Shown: one piece after another, positions 13,485-19,725 of the stretch | How the letters are laid out: each line of letters starts with the position of its first letter | Numbering within the stretch: position 1 is the stretch's first letter | Source: Chthoniobacteraceae bacterium | Lineage (GTDB): Bacteria; Verrucomicrobiota; Verrucomicrobiia; Chthoniobacterales; Chthoniobacteraceae | NCBI GenBank assembly: GCA_031409335.1 | Contig: JANNWY010000104.1 | Coordinates: 1 to 19,725, forward strand | Length of the DNA stretch: 19,725 nt | Reading direction: 5' to 3' | Translations under genes and position numbers: made by a program | Notes under the pieces: generated by a model | Database searches by the model: none | What the model was told of the DNA's origin: nothing | What the model saw: the letters and a program-made list of their open reading frames with translations, nothing else

Positions 13485-15251
13485 ATGAAGAACGCATCCA
13501 CACGCATCCTCGCCAGCGCGCTCGTCGCGTCGGCGATTTTTTCCACCGAAGCCGCCAACTGGCCGGGCTGGCGCGGCGCGGATGGCACCGGCATTTCTTC
13601 GGAAAAAAATCTGCCGCTCAAATGGAGCGCGACTGAAAATGTGAAATGGCGCATCGACCTGCCGGAGCGCGGCAACTCGTCGCCGATCGTATGGGGCGAG
13701 CGTGTATTCGTGACGCAGGCCGTCGGCGATCGGCGCACGCTACTGTGCCTCGACCGCGCAACTGGCAAACAACTCTGGCAGTCCGGCGTGACCTACACCG
13801 AGCGCGAGCAGACGCAGCGCGACAATCCGTATTGCACGGCAACGCCCGTCTCCGACGGCGAGCGCGTCATCGCGGCGTTCGGTTCGGCGGGGCTGTTTTG
13901 CTACGATTTTTCCGGGAAGGAATTGTGGAAGCGCGACCTCGGGAAAATGAGCCATCAATTCGGCAACGGCTCGTCGCCCGTGCTCGCGGGCGATTTGTGC
14001 GTCTTCAATTTCGGGCCGGATGAAAAGGCGCGCGTCGTCGCCGTGAACAAACGCACCGGCGAGATCGCGTGGGAAACAGCCGCACCGAAAGCCGACGGCG
14101 GCGAGCCGCCACCACCTTCACAGCAGGAGCCGCCGCCCGAACCCGTCCGCACTTTCGCTCCCGGCGAAATGCTCGCGCCGCCCATCCTCGCGCAGGCCGA
14201 CAAGAACGCCGACGCGAAACTCAGCCGCGAAGAATTCACCGGACTCGCGCAGGCGTGGTTCGAGAAGATCGACCGAGACAAGGCCGGGAAGCTCGATTCG
14301 CGCACGTTTGGCGAGCGGTTCGCCGAGTTATTCCCGCCGCAACCCAGCGGCAACGACCAGCCCGGCGGACGCCGATTCAGTCCGATGCGCGCTTTCGGTT
14401 TCGGCTTTTTCAGCACGTCCGACGCGGATCGCGACGGCTCGCTGACGCGCGAGGAATTCAGCGGCGCATTTTCAAAATGGTTCGGCGAATGGGATGCCGC
14501 CAAATCCGGCGCGCTCGACAATGTGAAACTCCGCGCCGGGCTCGATGCCGCGCTGCCGCGCCCGCAAATCGGCGGCGGCGGCGGTAGTGGCGGTGGTGGA
14601 TTCGGAGGCGGGCGCGGCGATGGCGGCGGACGCGGGCCCGGTGGGTCGTGGAGCACGCCGCTGCTCATCCAGAGCGGCGGGCGCGAGGAATTGATCGTGA
14701 ATTTTCCCGGCAAAATTTCCGCGCTCGATCCGAAGACCGGCAAGGAACTTTGGTCGGCAAAAGGACTCGGCGGCGCGAGCTACACCACGCCCGTTTTCGG
14801 CGAAGGCGCGCTCGTCGTGACGAGCAGCGGACCTGGCGGCGGCGCGGCGGTCGCGCTCAAACCCGGCGGTGGCGAAAGCTGGAAGCTGGATCGTTTTCAA
14901 AGCGCGATCGGCTCGGGCGTCATCACCGACGACCATCTTTACACGATCAGCCAGAATGGCGTCGCCGCGTGCAGCGATGTGAAAACGGGCGCGACAGTTT
15001 GGGAAGAACGGCTCAAAGGCTCCGGCAGTCGCGGCAGTTCGTGGTCTTCGATCCTGCTGGCCGACGGGAAAATTTTTGTGCCAAACCAGGGCGGCGATGT
15101 CTTCGTGCTGCGCGCTGCGCCGAAGTTCGAGTTGCTCGCGACGAATTCCGTCAACGAATCCACCAACGCCTCGCTCGCCGCCAGCGACGGCGCGCTTTTC
15201 CTCCGCACCGACAAGAGCCTGTGGTGCTTCACGAACGCCGCCGCCAAATAG
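13485..15251 (+). CDS. PQQ-binding-like beta-propeller protein (BamB-like repeats) with internal EF-hand module
   Basis: Signal peptide, then NWPGWRGADGTGIS..LPLKWSATENVKWRIDLP, SSPIVWGERVF, CLDRATGKQLW, ALDPKTGKELW; C-terminal GALFLRTDKSLWCF. EF-hand-like loops DKNADAKLSREE, DRDKAGKLDSRT, DADRDGSLTREE, DAAKSGALDNVK. Confidence 0.9.
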   Translation: MKNASTRILASALVASAIFSTEAANWPGWRGADGTGISSEKNLPLKWSATENVKWRIDLPERGNSSPIVWGERVFVTQAVGDRRTLLCLDRATGKQLWQSGVTYTEREQTQRDNPYCTATPVSDGERVIAAFGSAGLFCYDFSGKELWKRDLGKMSHQFGNGSSPVLAGDLCVFNFGPDEKARVVAVNKRTGEIAWETAAPKADGGEPPPPSQQEPPPEPVRTFAPGEMLAPPILAQADKNADAKLSREEFTGLAQAWFEKIDRDKAGKLDSRTFGERFAELFPPQPSGNDQPGGRRFSPMRAFGFGFFSTSDADRDGSLTREEFSGAFSKWFGEWDAAKSGALDNVKLRAGLDAALPRPQIGGGGGSGGGGFGGGRGDGGGRGPGGSWSTPLLIQSGGREELIVNFPGKISALDPKTGKELWSAKGLGGASYTTPVFGEGALVVTSSGPGGGAAVALKPGGGESWKLDRFQSAIGSGVITDDHLYTISQNGVAACSDVKTGATVWEERLKGSGSRGSSWSSILLADGKIFVPNQGGDVFVLRAAPKFELLATNSVNESTNASLAASDGALFLRTDKSLWCFTNAAAK

Positions 15252-15283
15252 CTCGATGACCAAAGCCCCCGCCATTTCCGAAA

Positions 15284-15469
15284 AGCCTGAAAGGCTGACA
15301 CGTCGCAGCCCAGGGCAACGCCCTGGGTTTGTGCAAAAAAACGGAAAAGCCCTGAAAGGGCGGGACAATCCACACGCGCATTTTTGTGCCGCCCTTTCAG
15401 GGCTGACGCGCTTTACGGCCAATACCCAGGGCGTTGCCCTGGGCTGTGTTGTCACGGCCCCTTGGGCCT
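15284..15469. repeat. Composite REP/BIME-like palindromic element
   Basis: Nested inverted units: cagcccagggcaacgccctgggt (15306-15328) with acccagggcgttgccctgggctg (15424-15446), and agccctgaaagggcgg (15348-15363) with ccgccctttcagggct (15389-15404). Small hairpins at both ends. Confidence 0.88.
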
Positions 15470-15497
15470 GCGGCGGCGGGTTCACCACGATGCTTCC

Positions 15498-17213
15498 ATG
15501 ACCGAAGCGCCCTCCACCTCCACCTCCGCTCCGCGCCAGGATCTGCTGGCCGCGATGATCGAGCGCGCGCAACTCACTTCTATGGATGCCGAGGCGCTGG
15601 CGCAGCAATGCCTCGCGGGCACGGCCAGCGCGGAGACCGAGGAGGAAGTGCTGCGGTGGCTCGCCGCGGAGTACGGGCTCGCTTTCACCACGCTCGAAAA
15701 CATCGAGCCGGATCGCGCGCTGCTCGCGCAATTTTCCGCGCGCATCTTGCTCAAAGAAGAGCTGCTGCCACTCCGCGAAATCGACGGCGTGATCGAAGTC
15801 GCCGCGAGCCGGCTCTTCGCGACGCCGGGGCTCGACAGCCTGCGCTCGGCCACCACGCTGAAACTCCAGCCAGTGCTCGCGCCGAGCGAGGCGCTGCAAC
15901 GGGAGATTAAAAAACATCTCGGCGTCGGCGCGGACACGCTGAATCTGCTCGAACAGGAGGAAGGCTTCCAGGTCGTCTCGGACGATCGGGAAGACGACGG
16001 CGATCTCGACAAGGCGGCGGAAGACGCGTCGATCATTCGGTTCGTCAATCAAGTGCTCAGCGACGCGATTTCACTGCGCGCGTCGGATGTTCACGTCGAG
16101 CCATTCGAGCACGAGCTGCGCATTCGCTATCGCATCGACGGTCTGCTGCAAGAGGTGCCGGTGCCCGGCCAGATCAAGCGTTTCCAGCCCGCGATCGTTT
16201 CGCGCATCAAGATTCTCAGCAATTTGAACATCGCCGAAAAACGCGTGCCGCAGGATGGCCGCATCAAGCTGCGCGTGAAGAGCACGGAGGTGGATGTGCG
16301 TGTGTCCGTCATCCCGATGCTGCACGGCGAAGCGGTCGTGATGCGTCTGCTGCGGCAGGATGCGGGCGTGGTCGGGCTCGACGGGATGCAAATGGCGCAG
16401 CGCGAGCGCGAACTTTTCGAGCGCGTGCTGGAGATGCCGCACGGCATCGCGCTTGTCACGGGGCCGACCGGCAGCGGCAAAACGACGACGCTTTACAGCG
16501 CGCTGCATCAGATCAACGACGAGGTGCGCAAGATCATCACGATCGAAGACCCGGTGGAATATCAGCTCAAGGGCATCAATCAGATTCAGGTGAACGAGAA
16601 GGCCGGGCTGACTTTCGCGCGCGGGCTGCGGGCGATTTTGCGTCACGATCCAGACGTGGTGCTGATCGGGGAAATTCGCGATCAGGAAACCGCGCAAATC
16701 GCCGTGCAGGCATCGCTCACCGGCCACATGGTTTTTTCCACGCTCCACACGAACGATGCGCCCGGTGCGCTGACGCGGCTCGTGGACATGGGCGTGGAGC
16801 CGTATCTCGTCGCATCGTCGCTCGAAGCCGTGATCGCCCAGCGGCTCGTCCGTGTGCTCTGCCCGGATTGCAAAGCGGAGGACACTTCCACAAAAACGAG
16901 CCTGCTCCGCGAGCGCGTGCCGACGCTGCGCGGCACCACGATCTTTCGCCAGACGGGCTGCAAGAACTGCCGCATGACTGGCTTCACCGGAAGGCGCGCG
17001 CTGTTTGAGCTGATGACGATGAGCACGCCGATCCGCGCGATCCTGCTGCGCGGCGGATCGAGCATCGAAATCAAGGACGCCGCGAAAACGGAAGGCATGA
17101 AGACGCTGATCGAAGACGGCTGGCGCGTGGTCGCGGATGGGCAGACGACGCCGGCGGAGGTGCTGCGGGTTTCCAAGGATGAAGGGACGGATGGATTTGC
17201 TGTGAGCGCATGA
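15498..17213 (+). CDS. gspE: Type II secretion ATPase, GspE/PulE family
   Basis: ASDVHVEP, RYRIDG, EKRVPQDGRI, Walker A GPTGSGKTTT, Asp box TIEDPVE, Walker B DPDVVLIGEIRD, His box GHMVFSTLH, CPDC...CKNC zinc site. Start set at ATG 15498 because the upstream extension is REP sequence. Confidence 0.95.
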   Translation: MTEAPSTSTSAPRQDLLAAMIERAQLTSMDAEALAQQCLAGTASAETEEEVLRWLAAEYGLAFTTLENIEPDRALLAQFSARILLKEELLPLREIDGVIEVAASRLFATPGLDSLRSATTLKLQPVLAPSEALQREIKKHLGVGADTLNLLEQEEGFQVVSDDREDDGDLDKAAEDASIIRFVNQVLSDAISLRASDVHVEPFEHELRIRYRIDGLLQEVPVPGQIKRFQPAIVSRIKILSNLNIAEKRVPQDGRIKLRVKSTEVDVRVSVIPMLHGEAVVMRLLRQDAGVVGLDGMQMAQRERELFERVLEMPHGIALVTGPTGSGKTTTLYSALHQINDEVRKIITIEDPVEYQLKGINQIQVNEKAGLTFARGLRAILRHDPDVVLIGEIRDQETAQIAVQASLTGHMVFSTLHTNDAPGALTRLVDMGVEPYLVASSLEAVIAQRLVRVLCPDCKAEDTSTKTSLLRERVPTLRGTTIFRQTGCKNCRMTGFTGRRALFELMTMSTPIRAILLRGGSSIEIKDAAKTEGMKTLIEDGWRVVADGQTTPAEVLRVSKDEGTDGFAVSA

Positions 17214-17225
17214 TTTTCAAAGGCA

Positions 17226-17315
<90 letters not shown>

Positions 17316-17378
17316 GCCCCCGGCAGGGCCATCCCGATCAATCAAACTCCCGCCGTTCGATGTCCCGATTTTAGAGCC

Positions 17379-18622
17379 ATGCCCGCCTTCACCTACAAAG
17401 CAGTGCAAGGAAACGGCGCGACGATCGAAGGCCGCATCGACGCGGGCGGTCGGCAGGATGCCGTGCGCTTGATCGAAGAGCGCGGCCTCACGCCAGTGCG
17501 CATCACCGAATCCGACGCTGGCCCGGAAAACGGTTCGCGGCCCGCGCTGAAGCTGCCGACGGCGACGCAGTTCTCCTTCAAGTCGAAGAAGGTCAATTTC
17601 GCCGCGCTCGAAGATTTCACCCGCTCGCTCTCGAGCCTGCTCACCGGAAACGTCCCGCTCAGTCGCGCGCTGCAGATTCTTTACAAGGAATCGTCGAATC
17701 CTGTCGCTTCCGCGAAGTGGAAGGAGCTGCACGATCTCGTGATCGACGGCGTTCCGCTCGCCACCGCGATGAGCCGCGCGCCGGATGTTTTCCCGCGTGT
17801 GTATGTCGCGATGGTCGAGGCCGGTGAGGCGGGCGGTTTCCTCGATGTCGTGCTCGCGCAGATCGCGGATTTTCAAGCGCGCGAAAAGGAACTGCGCGCA
17901 AAGGTGATGGCGGCGCTGATGTATCCCGCGGTGCTGCTCTTTCTCGCCATCGCGGTGCTGATTTTTCTCATGGTCTTTTTCATCCCGCGCTTCACCACGC
18001 TCTTCGCGGGATTCGACGCCGCGCTGCCCGCGCTCACCCAAGTCATCGTCGCCATCAGCGACATCGTCCGCCACTACGGCCTCTTCCTGCTCGCGGGAAT
18101 CGGCGCGGCGATCTACTTCGGGCGCGCGTGGTTTGCGAAGGAAAGCAGCCGTCGCCTTTGGGAATCGTGGCTGCTGCGGATGCCCGTCATCGGTCCGCTC
18201 GCCTCGAAACTCGCGCTCGCCCGCTTCTGCCGAATGCTCGGCACGCTGCTCGGAGCCGGCGTCTCGCTGATCAGCGCGCTTTCGGTGTCGCGGCGTTCGC
18301 TGGGAAATCAGACGCTGATCGACCTCGTGACCGACGCCACAGAGCGCGTGAAAAAAGGCGAGCCCCTCGGCGCGGCACTCGCGGATTGCCGCGCGCTTTT
18401 CGGCGGATCGACGCTGGAAATGATCGCTGTCGCGGAGGAAAGCGGGCGGTTGGATCAAGAGCTGGTGCGGCTTGCCGGGGTGAGCGAAGTGACGCTCGAC
18501 CGCCAACTCAAGACCGCCGTCGCCCTCGCGGAGCCGCTCATGCTTTTCGCCATCGCCGGATTCATCGGCACGATTTTCGTCGGGATGGTCATCCCGATTT
18601 TTACGATTCAAGACTACATCAA

Positions 18623-18626
<4 letters not shown>
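17379..18626 (+). CDS. gspF: Type II secretion inner-membrane platform protein, GspF/PilC family
   Basis: Typical start MPAFTYKAV..G.IDA; FTRSLSSLL..VPL; MVEAGEAGGFL; ALMYPAVL; MIAVAEESGRLD; LAEPLML..MVIPIF. Directly downstream of gspE. Confidence 0.95.
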
Positions 18627-19137
<511 letters not shown>

Positions 19138-19138
<1 letters not shown>

Positions 19139-19635
19139 TGATCCGCGCCCGGTCAGCACAAGGTTTCACGCTCGTCGAACTCATCATCGTGATGACGTTG
19201 CTCGCGATCGTGGCTGCGCTTGCCGTGCCATCTCTATCGCGCTCGATGCGGCAGCGGAACCTCGATGAAGAGGCGACGCGCCTCCTCGCGCTGACCGAAT
19301 ACGCCCGTGACGAAGCCGTCTCGCAAGGCGTGCCGATGGTCGTCTGGATCGACGCGAAATCGCAGCGGTACGGCATTGAGCCAAAGGCCGGCTTTGATTC
19401 GGATGAAACGCGGGCGCGTGAATACGCGATGAATCCCGACGTGCAGATCGAGGTCGAGAAGGCGGCGGCGAGCGGCGGAATCGTGGAAGCGATCGAGATC
19501 GAAGCGGATGGCGCGATTGGTTCTTCGAGTGTCGCGAGTGTGCGGCTCGTGGATCGGTTCAAGTCGGAGGTCACACTTTCGCAGACGACGGACGGCTGGA
19601 GCTACAAACTGGTGAAGGAGGCGACGACGAAATGA
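19138..19635 (+). CDS. gspH: Minor pseudopilin, GspH/FimT family
   Basis: TAATG overlap with gspG; MIRARSAQG|FTLVELIIVMTLLAIVAALAVPSL; EATRLLALTEYARDEAVSQG is typical of GspH/FimT. Confidence 0.8.
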
Positions 19636-19725
19636 GTAGCCGTGCGCTGCGGATGTTCCGGGTAGCACGCTCGTCCCGAGCGTTGGTGAAGGCGTCCCGC
19701 CTTCGCGGACTTTCTGCCGCGTCGG
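19632..19725 (+). CDS. Partial N-terminus of the next operon gene (probably a pseudopilin leader, GspI position)
   Basis: ATGA overlap with the gspH stop; the frame is open to the window end (MSSRALRMFRVARSSRALVKASRLRGLSAAS). The cleavage motif is not visible within the window. Confidence 0.5.
   Translation, partial: MSSRALRMFRVARSSRALVKASRLRGLSAAS
19660..19714. repeat. Tandem-hairpin REP-like element (probably the left half)
   Basis: Two adjacent stems with TCC loops: acgctcg-tcc-cgagcgt (19667-19683) and gtgaaggcg-tcc-cgccttcgc (19686-19706). Confidence 0.65.

Noticed and set aside
15384..15497. N-terminal extensions in the ORF track for gspE (also gspF 17250-17378, regulator 10778-10828, gspG 18128-18622, gspH 19012-19137)
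   Set aside because: They are translated repeat DNA or overlap the upstream gene; better starts exist downstream.

Overview
GC-rich bacterial window; protein style and repeat families suggest Verrucomicrobiota (inferred, not proven). Left to right: (1) a 5'-truncated minus-strand gene fragment; (2) a complete IS1182-family element (189-1826, perfect 18-bp terminal IRs) inserted in the loop of a 13-bp REP-like palindrome, followed by a second REP doublet; (3) a ~2040-aa signal-peptide-bearing RHS/YD-repeat protein; (4) an OmpR/CpxR-type response regulator and HAMP histidine kinase on the minus strand; (5) a divergent run of three exported proteins (Spy/CpxP-like helical protein, EF-hand CotH-family kinase, PQQ-type beta-propeller with an EF-hand insert); (6) the start of a type II secretion operon (gspE, gspF, gspG, gspH-like, partial next gene), with palindromic repeats between genes and inside prepilin leaders. 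The RHS protein is the most unusual object. It has no toxin tip, no DPxG cleavage motif and no immunity gene, and it has about 50 Cys. It also carries several short in-frame inserts resembling signature motifs of unrelated secretion and injection-system proteins (Hcp, VgrG, contractile tail tube, T9SS-type C-terminus). These motif matches are recalled from family consensus and need HMM/BLAST confirmation.
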